Shown here in pieces: positions 9,256 through 18,739 of a stretch of 42,904 nucleotides of DNA. Position 1 is the stretch's first letter, and every line of letters begins with the position of its first letter. The position numbers and the translations under genes were made by a program. Origin of the DNA: Candidatus Moraniibacteriota bacterium (GTDB lineage Bacteria; Patescibacteriota; Minisyncoccia; Moranbacterales; UBA1568); NCBI GenBank assembly GCA_013336285.1, contig JAAXTX010000006.1, forward strand, positions 1 to 42,904. The letters run 5' to 3'. The notes under the pieces are model-generated. The model was given only the letters and a program-made list of their open reading frames with translations. It was not told where the DNA came from and did not search any database.

Positions 9256-10152
9256 ATGAACTTCGAATTACCGAAGCGCCTTTTTCTCTTCATGCCGTCT
9301 TTGAATCAAACCGAGGAAAATCTTCGTGGAAAGACGGAAGATATCATCAGGTTGCATCGTTGTCTTCGAGACGAACGCGACATGCGTCTTTCGATACATG
9401 TCACGTGTGATGGAAGCGGGCCGGAATTCAATACGCCGAACACGCTCGAATGGATGCGGGAACGATTGGTACCGGAAGGTGTGGAATTTTCGTTTTCCTT
9501 AAACGAAGAACGTTTGGGGAAAACCGTGACGGTCGTCGACGGACTGAAACGGCTCATGGCAAATGCCGGTCCGAACGATCTGATCGGTTGTCTGGATGAT
9601 AATGAGCATCGGTTCTCGTCGTCGCTCGATCTCGTAAGCGCCATTCTTGACCAGGGATATCTCGGTTCGATCGGGACTATCGTGTATCCGCCGGATTATC
9701 TCAATTCCATCGATCGACATGCCATGCCGGCCGTAGGAGGTATCGAATCGCAGGTACTCGGTCTGAACGGTACGCTGTACATCTATGCTTCGGGGTACTG
9801 GATCAATCGCGTAAGCGTCGTCCGAACGGTTGTCGAAAAACTGTTCCCGATGTATCTGGAGCTGTTTCACAGGGTACACCCGAATCTGTCAGTCCCGACA
9901 TGGGGAACACCGACCCTTTTTCAGGAACTCATGAATTGGGTTATCCGTAACCTGGAACCATGGAGATCGGTGCCGGAGGAGCGCCGGAGGATGACGGTAT
10001 TCTATCTTCCTTGTTTCGAAGTTCCCGGTGAGACGCCTCTCGGGAGAAGCCTGGAAAAGGCACAGAATCAGATTCAGTCACTGGTCCTGAATTGGATAGT
10101 ACTGAACGAATTGCTCGGGGTGAATCGCGATCGCGACATACCAGATGTATGA
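9256..10152 (+). CDS. Divergent GT-A-fold (GT2-like) protein
   Basis: FMPSLN..E, VTCDGS, N..RLGK..V..GL and CLDDNEH follow the GT2 motif order; own SD and terminator. Confidence 0.55.
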   Translation: MNFELPKRLFLFMPSLNQTEENLRGKTEDIIRLHRCLRDERDMRLSIHVTCDGSGPEFNTPNTLEWMRERLVPEGVEFSFSLNEERLGKTVTVVDGLKRLMANAGPNDLIGCLDDNEHRFSSSLDLVSAILDQGYLGSIGTIVYPPDYLNSIDRHAMPAVGGIESQVLGLNGTLYIYASGYWINRVSVVRTVVEKLFPMYLELFHRVHPNLSVPTWGTPTLFQELMNWVIRNLEPWRSVPEERRRMTVFYLPCFEVPGETPLGRSLEKAQNQIQSLVLNWIVLNELLGVNRDRDIPDV

Positions 10153-10185
10153 ACGGCCAGATATGAAAATATCGGGCCGTTTTTT
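10152..10185 (+). terminator. Intrinsic terminator
   Basis: AACGGCC.GATAT-GAAA-ATATC.GGCCGTT followed by a T-run. Confidence 0.7.
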
Positions 10186-10384
10186 ATGAAAATGATGACC
10201 GTATATATGAAGAATGATGTTATGATCCGTCCGATGTCAGACAGCAGTCATAAATCGGATGGATTTGATGACGAGCGCCTATAATCCGACCTCGGTCGCG
10301 GAGGGATTGAAAGCCGCAGTTCGAGAGAGGTCTCGATATCGGTACAAGACTTCATTTTTTTGACGATTCAGGTATACTGAGGGC

Positions 10385-11575
10385 ATGATCATAGGCATAG
10401 ACGCCTCATTTCTGCGGAAACCCGGTACCGGAATCGGGGTCGTGACGGAGCAGGCACTCCGGTTTTTGTCGCGTCTGCCGGAAGCCGCTCACCATCGTTT
10501 CATCCTCTATCTCGAGGAATACATCGATCCGCCCTTTGTGCTCCCTGGTAATTTCGAAAAGCATGTCTTTCTTCCGAAATGGACTCGCGACGATGTCCCT
10601 CGCCGCGTTTTATGGGAGCGAAAGGTCGCATTGAAAGCGATGGAAGACGGGTGCGATGCGTTCATCAGCCTTTCGCAGTCGGCGACCGTTTTTCAGAAAA
10701 AATCAAAAATACGACATATCATGGTCGTACACGATATCGTGCCGATCCTCTTCCCGGCGTATCGCGGAAAATTGACGAACCGGGTCCATTCCCGTGCGAT
10801 CATGGGCGCGATCGGTGCTGCCGATCGGATACTTGCCGTTTCGAAGATTACCAAGCGTGATCTCATACTCAACCTCGGTATTCCGGAGGATAAGATCGCG
10901 GTAGCGTATCCGGACTGCGCGCCGCGTTTCAGATTGCCCGTGGAAGAGGTCAAAACTGGCCGGGTCATGGAGCGTTACGGGCTTGTTCCCGGATATATCT
11001 ATCACGGGGGCGGTCTCGAGATCCGTAAGAATACCGGACGACTGTTGGAGGCGTACGCCGAACTGCGCAAGAAGCGTGACAATGCCCCCCCCCTTGTGAT
11101 TTCCGGAACGATACACGGGAAGCGGAACCGTCTTGCCACCGACGTGAAAGGTATAATCGGAAGACTCGGCATAAGCGGTCATGTGAAACTGCTCGGCTTC
11201 GTATCCGATGAGGACGTGCCGGCCCTGTATCGGGAGGCGCTTTTGTTCGCGTTCCCGTCACTCTATGAGGGATTCGGACTGCCGCTGGTCGAGGCATTTG
11301 CCATCGGAACCCCGGTTCTTGCCGGGCGCACCGCGGGTGCCGTGCCGGAAGTGGCGGGAACCGCCGCGATGCTTGTCGATACACAGGACGTTTCGGAAAT
11401 TATGGTCGGACTCGAAAAAATCATGGATGATGCGTCATTTCGTGAAACACTTATCGAACGGGGGAAAGAACGCGTGAAAGACTTCTCTTGGGAGACGTTT
11501 TCCGGGGCGCTCCTGTCAGAAGTCGTGTTCCAGACTGCTCAGTTCGATCCGGAGCGGAACACCGAAACCCTATGA
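10385..11575 (+). CDS. GT4 glycosyltransferase (MtfB/WbaZ-like)
   Basis: IGIDAS, VHD, RKN, FPSLYEGFGLPLVEA. Confidence 0.92.
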   Translation: MIIGIDASFLRKPGTGIGVVTEQALRFLSRLPEAAHHRFILYLEEYIDPPFVLPGNFEKHVFLPKWTRDDVPRRVLWERKVALKAMEDGCDAFISLSQSATVFQKKSKIRHIMVVHDIVPILFPAYRGKLTNRVHSRAIMGAIGAADRILAVSKITKRDLILNLGIPEDKIAVAYPDCAPRFRLPVEEVKTGRVMERYGLVPGYIYHGGGLEIRKNTGRLLEAYAELRKKRDNAPPLVISGTIHGKRNRLATDVKGIIGRLGISGHVKLLGFVSDEDVPALYREALLFAFPSLYEGFGLPLVEAFAIGTPVLAGRTAGAVPEVAGTAAMLVDTQDVSEIMVGLEKIMDDASFRETLIERGKERVKDFSWETFSGALLSEVVFQTAQFDPERNTETL

Positions 11576-13152
11576 ATTTTCAAAAATGGTTTCCAGTGAT
11601 AGCGATGTCTCCGATCGCGATGACGCTGCTCTTCGCGGGAGCCGCGCTCACGTTCATACTGCCGGTGTTTTCGTACCGAGGTTATCTGCCACTCGGTTCT
11701 ACCGACCTCGTCTTCCTTTTCTTTCTTACGGTTCTTGCGGCCACGTATCGGCCGGGATGGATTTTTCTCCTGCTCGTTTCGGTATTGCCGCTGGAGACGG
11801 TCGATCTGGCGCCGTCTTCGATCGGTTCCGGTATCCGTCCGTATCAGTTCCTGACACTTGCGATCGTCATCGGACTGATCGTACGGTTTCTCACTCGTCG
11901 ACCGTTGCCGGAACTCCCGCGTTTCGGTGCGGGTGATTTCTTGTTGTCGCTCGTACCGATCGGATCCCTGGTTGCCGTAATAAACGCTTCGGAGCCACTT
12001 ACCGCTCTCCGTTTTTCCGTCATCCTGTTTTCATTCTACGGTCTGTATTTCCTGTTCAGGATTTTCGTGCGCACTTCCGAGGATATCGGCAGAATATTGC
12101 CGTTCGTGATCGTTTCGGCGATCGCGACCGTTTTTTTCGCCATTGTGCAGAACATATTGTTTCTCGGCGGGAACGGAACGTACGAAGTTATGCCGGGAAG
12201 ACCGAACGCATCTTTCGCCGAGCCTGATTGGCTCGGCATGTTTCTCGTTCTTTCACTGACGACGCTTCTCTCGGTCGGGTATATGATCGCCGCGCGCACC
12301 GAATCAATGTTCGGGTTCCTCCGGATGAAACGCTCGATTCTCCTCTTCGTCGCAAGTACGGCGGTGATCGCGGCGCTTATCATTGCGGTCAGCCGAAGCG
12401 CGTGGCTTGGGGCTGTTATCGCGTCGGTCGTCGTCATCGGTGCATCGTTCATAGCGGGTCGCCGACAGACCGCAACGGTATTGATTCTCTTTTTCGGTGT
12501 TTCGGCGATCCTTTCTTCGATACTCGTATTCGCCGTTCCTCTTACTGATTTCGATCTTTTTGGTCGGGCCGGCAGCGTCGGGTCGGGTCTTCAGACCATT
12601 ACGGTTTCCTGCGGATCCGAAACGGTCCTTCCGGATCGGATACGTTCCGTCGACGAACTCGCATCGCGAGGCTGCAGGCATATCAATCTCGACGAAATAG
12701 ACTTCGAACGTTCGGCGGATCGGTTCGTGACTACGATAAAGCGGGATGATCCAAATGTTTCAATTCGAAAGAAAATATACGAACAGTCGATCTCGCTCGG
12801 ATCGGAACACCCGGTTCTCGGGGTCGGGTGGGGGACCGTATCCGGCGTTCTTGGAGCCGATGAACGCGGAGCAGGCCTGAACGCAAGTGATGTATTTCTT
12901 GAAATCTGGCTTGGGAGCGGTCTCGTCGGTATTTTCGGATTTATAAGTTTTCTTATTCTTCTCGCGATTCGAGCGGTAAGGGACTTCTTCTTTTCGTGTG
13001 GAGTGTTTCCGTTGTTCCTCATCGCCACATTCGCCGGGTTGACTGTCTTTAATCTCTTTAATTCCGGCATCTTACTCGGATTTTTTTGGGCATTGCTTGG
13101 TATTTCCGGTTCGTATATATTCCATGAGGCGGATTTTTCCGAAACGCTATGA
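11572..13152 (+). CDS. O-antigen ligase-like (WaaL/PglL, Wzy_C) membrane protein
   Basis: RPNASFAEPDWLG, SRSAWLG, HPVLGVGWG, FLEIW...G.VG; ATGA overlaps with both neighbours. Confidence 0.85.
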   Translation: MNFQKWFPVIAMSPIAMTLLFAGAALTFILPVFSYRGYLPLGSTDLVFLFFLTVLAATYRPGWIFLLLVSVLPLETVDLAPSSIGSGIRPYQFLTLAIVIGLIVRFLTRRPLPELPRFGAGDFLLSLVPIGSLVAVINASEPLTALRFSVILFSFYGLYFLFRIFVRTSEDIGRILPFVIVSAIATVFFAIVQNILFLGGNGTYEVMPGRPNASFAEPDWLGMFLVLSLTTLLSVGYMIAARTESMFGFLRMKRSILLFVASTAVIAALIIAVSRSAWLGAVIASVVVIGASFIAGRRQTATVLILFFGVSAILSSILVFAVPLTDFDLFGRAGSVGSGLQTITVSCGSETVLPDRIRSVDELASRGCRHINLDEIDFERSADRFVTTIKRDDPNVSIRKKIYEQSISLGSEHPVLGVGWGTVSGVLGADERGAGLNASDVFLEIWLGSGLVGIFGFISFLILLAIRAVRDFFFSCGVFPLFLIATFAGLTVFNLFNSGILLGFFWALLGISGSYIFHEADFSETL

Positions 13153-14309
13153 GAACCATCGCTATCGACATCCGACTCATCGGGCAGAACCGTACGGGGG
13201 ACGAATCGGTTTTTCGCAACCTCTTCCGGGAAGTCCTGGCTATCGATCGAGATAACCGTTATCTCCTGTTGACGGACCGCGACGATGAGAAAACGTTTCA
13301 TGTGATAATTGAAGCGCTTGGCATGAATGGAAGGCTTCCGGACAATGCGGAAGTCGTCACGCTTCACTCAGGGAGCCGATATACATGGAATTTCGTTTAC
13401 CTACCGATATTCTTCCTGCGTAGAAAGGTTGATATCTTTCATACTCAATACATTCTGCCGGCATTCATTCCGCGCCGGACGAAAGTCGTGACTCATATCC
13501 ATGATGTCTCGTTCTGCGCCTTTCCCGATTTCATCGGAAAGTCGGACCGTATCTTCCTTTCGACCTTCATTCCTCGGACAATGCGCAAGTCGGACCTAAT
13601 TATCGCGCCGTCTGATTTTACCAAGGCGGAGATCGTACGGCGATATGGGAAATCCGCGGAACAGATCGCCGTGGTTCCGAACGCCGTGGACCCGTCGTTT
13701 CTCACTGATCCGACCATTGTCGATATGGAACGTGCCGCCTTGCGAAACGGTCTGCCTGAATCGTTTGTGCTGTCAGTCGGAACGATGCAGCCGCGAAAGA
13801 ACATACCGCTTCTCGTGAAAGCATTCGCGGAGATTCGGAAGGATTTTCCGGATCTGTCACTCGTCCTTATCGGCAGCAAGGGCGGGCGGCATTATGATAC
13901 CGGGATTGACGAGATGATCCGGGAGACGGGAATCGTCGATGCGGTCGTATTCCCCGGGTATGTCCCTCAGGAAGATATGCCGGCCGTGTACGGTCTTTCC
14001 AAGATGCTCGTATTTCCATCGCTTTACGAAGGATTCGGCATCCCGCTGCTTGAGGGATTCGCCGCCGGAGCGCCGGTAGCCGCTTCGGACATCCCTCCGT
14101 TCCGAGAAGTCGGTGGTGAGGCGGTGCTCTATTTCGACCCGACGAACGTTGCCAGTTGTGTTGAATCATTGTATACTCTCCTCACCGATGCAAATACGCG
14201 GGAACGGTGCGGACGGTCCGGAAAGGAACGGCTCGTTCGGTACTCCTGGGCCGAGAGCGCCCGGGCATTGATTTCGTGCTATGAATCGATAACGAGTCTT
14301 AAATCGTGA
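13149..14309 (+). CDS. GT4 glycosyltransferase (MtfB-like)
   Basis: IAIDIR, HIHD, VGTMQPRKN, FPSLYEGFGIPLLE. Confidence 0.92.
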   Translation: MRTIAIDIRLIGQNRTGDESVFRNLFREVLAIDRDNRYLLLTDRDDEKTFHVIIEALGMNGRLPDNAEVVTLHSGSRYTWNFVYLPIFFLRRKVDIFHTQYILPAFIPRRTKVVTHIHDVSFCAFPDFIGKSDRIFLSTFIPRTMRKSDLIIAPSDFTKAEIVRRYGKSAEQIAVVPNAVDPSFLTDPTIVDMERAALRNGLPESFVLSVGTMQPRKNIPLLVKAFAEIRKDFPDLSLVLIGSKGGRHYDTGIDEMIRETGIVDAVVFPGYVPQEDMPAVYGLSKMLVFPSLYEGFGIPLLEGFAAGAPVAASDIPPFREVGGEAVLYFDPTNVASCVESLYTLLTDANTRERCGRSGKERLVRYSWAESARALISCYESITSLKS

Positions 14310-14325
14310 ATTTCTGGTATAAAAT

Positions 14326-15522
14326 ATGAATAATCCTTTCAAGAAGAAAACCGGCCTCCCGGGGGTTACCGGGATGAAAAAACACCACAAAATCCTGATT
14401 GCGGTCGTCGCGGTCGTCGCGACCATAGCGGTAGTCGGCGGTTTTTTTCTGTGGCGGGCAGGTTCGATCATGCAGAAGATTTCCGGCGGAAAAGGTAATA
14501 TCTTTTCGAACGTGATCAAATCACTTCCAGGAACTGAGTCAAAGCTAAAAGGTGAAGCGGATGGTCGGATCAATATACTGCTGCTCGGGGAGCGTGGTGA
14601 ACACGTCGATGGCGGAGGTCTGCTGACGGACACGATCATGGTGCTTTCCATTCATCCTTCCTCGGGTGAGGGGGATATGCCGAAAGCATCGCTCGTATCG
14701 ATTCCGCGCGATCTCTATGTGACCGTGCCGGGAACATCGGACAAACAGAAGATCAACGCCGTTCATTACTATGGCGAACAGAAGGGTAAGGGTCAGGGGA
14801 TGGAATACATGAAACAGATCATCTCGGATGTCACCGGTCAGTCGATCCAGTATGCGATGGTAATCAACTTCAAAGGATTCGAGGATCTCGTGGATGCCGT
14901 AGGCGGCGTAACGGTGCATCTCGATCAGGCATTCGCCGAGGGGCTTCAATTCCATGAGCCGCAGGTTTGCGATCCGTATATATATACTGTTCCGACTAAG
15001 CCGGCACAGTACCAGTTTAAGTACTATGTTCGCAAAGACGGAACGAAATATGTCACGGCACAGTATGCCCTTTGTTACAACAAGGACGAGGAGTGCGGTG
15101 GTGTGTTCTCGCTCCCGGCCGGAGACAATCAGCTGAACGGGGAACAGGCGCTCTGCTATGCACGGGCCAGAAAGACCTCAAACGATTTCGAACGCGCGAA
15201 ACGTCAGCAGGAAGTCATCAAACTTATTAAGGCAAAGGCGCTTTCAGCCGGTCTTCTGACCGATTTCTCCAAGGTCGACGGGATGATGTCGAGTCTCGGT
15301 GAAAATGTCCGCACCGATATGGAAGGTTGGGAGTTGAAGCGTCTATTCGACATCTATCAGAAACTCGGCGATGCCCCGTTGCAGCAAAAGGTGCTCGATA
15401 CGTCCGAAGAAGGACTGTTGTACTTCCCAAGTCAGGATCTGTATCCCGGAGCCGGTTCGATTATCCTGCCGATCGGGGATTCATACGACCGAATCCGCGA
15501 GTTGTTCAAGAGTCTGCCCTAA
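14326..15522 (+). CDS. LCP (LytR-CpsA-Psr) family glycopolymer transferase
   Basis: N-terminal TM, INILLLG, TDTIM, SIPRDL, KINA, VDAVGGV, ALCYARAR, DFERAKRQQ. Confidence 0.92.
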   Translation: MNNPFKKKTGLPGVTGMKKHHKILIAVVAVVATIAVVGGFFLWRAGSIMQKISGGKGNIFSNVIKSLPGTESKLKGEADGRINILLLGERGEHVDGGGLLTDTIMVLSIHPSSGEGDMPKASLVSIPRDLYVTVPGTSDKQKINAVHYYGEQKGKGQGMEYMKQIISDVTGQSIQYAMVINFKGFEDLVDAVGGVTVHLDQAFAEGLQFHEPQVCDPYIYTVPTKPAQYQFKYYVRKDGTKYVTAQYALCYNKDEECGGVFSLPAGDNQLNGEQALCYARARKTSNDFERAKRQQEVIKLIKAKALSAGLLTDFSKVDGMMSSLGENVRTDMEGWELKRLFDIYQKLGDAPLQQKVLDTSEEGLLYFPSQDLYPGAGSIILPIGDSYDRIRELFKSLP

Positions 15523-15542
15523 GTCCGATATCCGGTCGTCCC

Positions 15543-16361
15543 ATGGCGTCACCGAAGCTCTCCATAGCGATCAACAGCTATAAGAATCCGGAACTGCTCC
15601 GACTCTGTCTCGAGTCGGTTTTCCGGTTCGTGAACGATATCGACTTCGAAGTGCTTGTCGTCGACAGCGCGACGGAAGAAGATACCAGGCTGGTCATGGC
15701 GGATTTCCCTCAGGTACGTTTCTTTCCCAACGATCGAAATGTCGGTTTCGTAGTGCTGCTCAACCGATCTTTGAAAGAGTCGAGAGGAGAATACATGTTT
15801 CTGATAAATCATGACATCATCCTGACAGAAGGCATCGTCCCGGCGCTTCTTCGTCGCATGGAATCAGATCCGGATATCGGCATTCTCGCTCCAAGACAGA
15901 TAAATTTCAATGGAAGCGATCAGGTGTCGTGTTTCAGATTCTATCGTCCATGGACAATAGTCTTCCGGAGGACATTCCTCGGCAAATTTCCTTTCGGACG
16001 CAGACATCTCGATTGGTTCCTGATGCGCGATTATGATCGGAAAGAGCCTCGGCAGGTCGATTGGATCATGGGGTCGGCTCTGTTCGTCCGTCATTCCGCC
16101 GCCTTGTCGGTCGGCCCGATGGATACGCGTTTCTTTATGTATATGGAGGACGTGGACTGGTGTCGACGTTTTTGGGATCTTGGTCTGAAAGTCATCTATG
16201 TTCCTTCGGTTTCAGTATTTCATTATCACGGGAAAGGAAGTGCCCGTGGCGGGTTCGTCGGTTCGCTTCTCCTGAATCGTCTGACATGGTACCATATAAC
16301 GAGCGCGGCGAAGTATTTCCTGAAATATCTCGGTAAACCGTTGCCGAAACACGAAGAATGA
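15543..16361 (+). CDS. GT2 glycosyltransferase (WbbL/rhamnosyltransferase-like)
   Basis: VVDS, N.GF, INHD, VDWIMGS, FFMYMEDVDWCRR. Confidence 0.9.
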   Translation: MASPKLSIAINSYKNPELLRLCLESVFRFVNDIDFEVLVVDSATEEDTRLVMADFPQVRFFPNDRNVGFVVLLNRSLKESRGEYMFLINHDIILTEGIVPALLRRMESDPDIGILAPRQINFNGSDQVSCFRFYRPWTIVFRRTFLGKFPFGRRHLDWFLMRDYDRKEPRQVDWIMGSALFVRHSAALSVGPMDTRFFMYMEDVDWCRRFWDLGLKVIYVPSVSVFHYHGKGSARGGFVGSLLLNRLTWYHITSAAKYFLKYLGKPLPKHEE

Positions 16362-17686
16362 ACATCATTATGGATACGGATGAACGACTTTCCCCCGGAG
16401 AGGAGGCAAAACCGCCAGAGACGTCGCAACCCGAAATGCTAGAGCGGAAGAACAGGCGGATGGTCGGGAAAATACTCCGGATTTTTTTTCTGGGCGCCGC
16501 TTTGTTCGTCTCATATCGATACGGATTCTATCAGGGGCATGGCGGAAGTGTTACGGCAACAACGGAAGCTGGCATCCCATTGGACAGTGCTGTTTTTTCG
16601 AATACGGATCCGAATGGAAGGAATATCGACTTCGCGCTTTTTTGGAAGGTATGGGACATCCTTAAGGAGAAATACGTTGATCGGGCCCATCTCGATGCCC
16701 AAAAGCTTTTCTATGGGGCGATAAAGGGAATGCTCGCGGCTACGGGTGATTCATATACGACTTTTTTCGATCCCGAGGAACAAAAATCCTTCAACGAGGA
16801 TATGTCCGGAAAATTTGAGGGTATCGGGGCGGAGATGGGTATCCGTGATGAGGTATTGACGATCATCGCGCCGCTTGATGGTGCGCCTGCGGAATTGGCA
16901 GGTCTTCGTCCGAATGACAAGATACTGAAGATAGACGGGGAGAAGACGACGAATCTGAGTCTCGAAGAAGCAGTCGCGAAAATTCGTGGTCAGAAAGGAA
17001 CAAATGTCACACTGACCATATTCCGGGAAGGAGAGGAGGAATCGCGTGATGTTTCGGTGACCCGCGACGTAATTAACGTCAAGAGCGTGAAGTTTACCAT
17101 GCGCGACGATGGCATCGCCGTGCTTAGAGTGAGTCGGTTCGGAGATGAAACTGACGGCGAATACTATGCCGTAGTAACCGATGTGGTAACAAAAAATCCG
17201 AAAGGAATAATACTTGATCTACGGAGCAACCCGGGTGGTTTGCTTAATACCGCGGTATCGATCGCGAGTCTCATGCTTCCTGCCGACAAGACGGTCGTAA
17301 TCGAGGAAAACGGGAAAGGCGAACGAAAAACCGAGCAGACTCTCGGTGGCGACAAATTGTCGGGAATTCCGACGGTCGTCCTGATTGATGAAGGGAGCGC
17401 GAGCGCGTCGGAGATACTTGCCGGCGCTCTTCGGGAGAACCGCGAGGATGTCGTCCTGGTTGGCAAGAAGTCTTATGGCAAGGGCTCCGTCCAGGAACTG
17501 ATTCCTGTCGGTAAGGATGTGTCCGTTAAGGTTACGATCGCGCGATGGCTTACCCCGAACGGAAACCAGATCAACGAGAAGGGAATAACACCGGACGATG
17601 TCGTGAATATCACCCTTGACGATATCAAGGCCGGACGGGATCCCCAATTGGACAAGGCGGCCGAAAAACTAAACGGAAGGACATAG
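16358..17686 (+). CDS. ctpA: C-terminal processing peptidase, S41A family
   Basis: TM anchor, PDZ (FEGIG), ILDLRSNPGG, SASASEILAGAL, SYGKGSVQ, DPQL. Confidence 0.93.
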   Translation: MNIIMDTDERLSPGEEAKPPETSQPEMLERKNRRMVGKILRIFFLGAALFVSYRYGFYQGHGGSVTATTEAGIPLDSAVFSNTDPNGRNIDFALFWKVWDILKEKYVDRAHLDAQKLFYGAIKGMLAATGDSYTTFFDPEEQKSFNEDMSGKFEGIGAEMGIRDEVLTIIAPLDGAPAELAGLRPNDKILKIDGEKTTNLSLEEAVAKIRGQKGTNVTLTIFREGEEESRDVSVTRDVINVKSVKFTMRDDGIAVLRVSRFGDETDGEYYAVVTDVVTKNPKGIILDLRSNPGGLLNTAVSIASLMLPADKTVVIEENGKGERKTEQTLGGDKLSGIPTVVLIDEGSASASEILAGALRENREDVVLVGKKSYGKGSVQELIPVGKDVSVKVTIARWLTPNGNQINEKGITPDDVVNITLDDIKAGRDPQLDKAAEKLNGRT

Positions 17687-17708
17687 GATCCGTCCCCACC
17701 ATATTCCA

Positions 17709-18084
17709 TTGGGCGCATATGTACCGACGGAATCATTTCAGGAACACGAGCAGACCCGTACTCAGATACTGAGGGATCTGATATCGCAGTCAGAAAAAAG
17801 GATCGACGCGGAGTTTGAGAGAACCTCGAATACGTGGCCGGAATGTTTCGATTCAAGTCCTTTTTCGATAAAACGACAGCATCCGGATCTGTCATGGAGA
17901 AGGAATCGGGTACTGAAAAGCTAGAACAAATGAAAGCGAGTTGATCGCACAGAAAGATAGGCTACACGAAATCAAGATAGTCTACTCGGATAAGGAACAG
18001 ACACCGCCGGAAGCGGTAAGACTGGAATATATCAGGGCACTTGATATCTTAATAGATAGCCACAATCACCAAGATGTTCGATGA
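17709..18084 (+). pseudogene. Possible frameshifted gene remnant
   Basis: Three protein-like helical segments in successive frames between ctpA and the Ham1 gene. Confidence 0.3.
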
Positions 18085-18098
18085 TGATACATGTCCGT

Positions 18099-18641
18099 AT
18101 GGATTCGATCACATTTATTACCGGGAATCCCGGAAAGGTCAACGAAGTCCGACGGTATCTGGATTATGATATCGACCATATTCCTCTTGATCTTCCCGAG
18201 ATACAATCACTCTCTTCACGTGATATCGTCGAAGACAAGGCGTGGCGCGCATACCGTGAAATCGGACGGCCCGTCCTTGTCGAGGACGTTTCTTTCGTCG
18301 TTCATTCGCTCGGAGGGCTTCCGGGACCGCTTATTAAATGGTTCGAGAAGGCGATCGGATTAGAGGGACTTTGCAGAATGGCGGACGGGAAAGATCGTTC
18401 GTGCACGGCTTCCATTCTTTACGGATATTGCGATGGGAAACGCGTCCTGTTCGCGGAAGGTGAGATGAGAGGCATCGTCGCCGACATGCCAAGGGGCGAA
18501 AACAGCTTCGGGTGGGCCCCGATCTTTATCGGAGAAAGCATGGATCGGACGTATGCCGAATTATCCATCGAAGAACAGGAAATTATTTCATATCGCAAAA
18601 AGGCTCTTGAAAAGATGAAACGACTTCTGCTTACGCGATAG
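18099..18641 (+). CDS. Ham1/ITPase-family NTP pyrophosphatase, atypical base-binding pocket
   Basis: FITGNxxK, DLPEIQ, PVLVED, GLPGPLIKWF; FGWAPIF and SYR replace the usual FGW/YDPxF and SHR. Confidence 0.88.
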   Translation: MDSITFITGNPGKVNEVRRYLDYDIDHIPLDLPEIQSLSSRDIVEDKAWRAYREIGRPVLVEDVSFVVHSLGGLPGPLIKWFEKAIGLEGLCRMADGKDRSCTASILYGYCDGKRVLFAEGEMRGIVADMPRGENSFGWAPIFIGESMDRTYAELSIEEQEIISYRKKALEKMKRLLLTR

Positions 18642-18670
18642 CGGTCGTCCGTGCCCGGTTGCTACCCTGA

Positions 18671-18709
18671 TTAGCACCCCTTGACTGGGAGTGCTAATTT
18701 TCTTAGAAT
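18671..18709 (+). promoter_or_regulatory. CIRCE element (HrcA operator) overlapping a sigma70 promoter
   Basis: TTAGCACCC-N9-GAGTGCTAA (18671-18697); TTGACT (18681)-17-TAGAAT (18704). Confidence 0.9.
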
Positions 18710-18739
18710 GCTATATGTGATAATCAGTAAATGACAGCT

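Noticed and set aside
18099-18641. Kongming-type defence system (KomB is Ham1-like)
   Set aside because: No adenosine deaminase or Sir2 partner nearby, and the inosine-recognition residues are absent.
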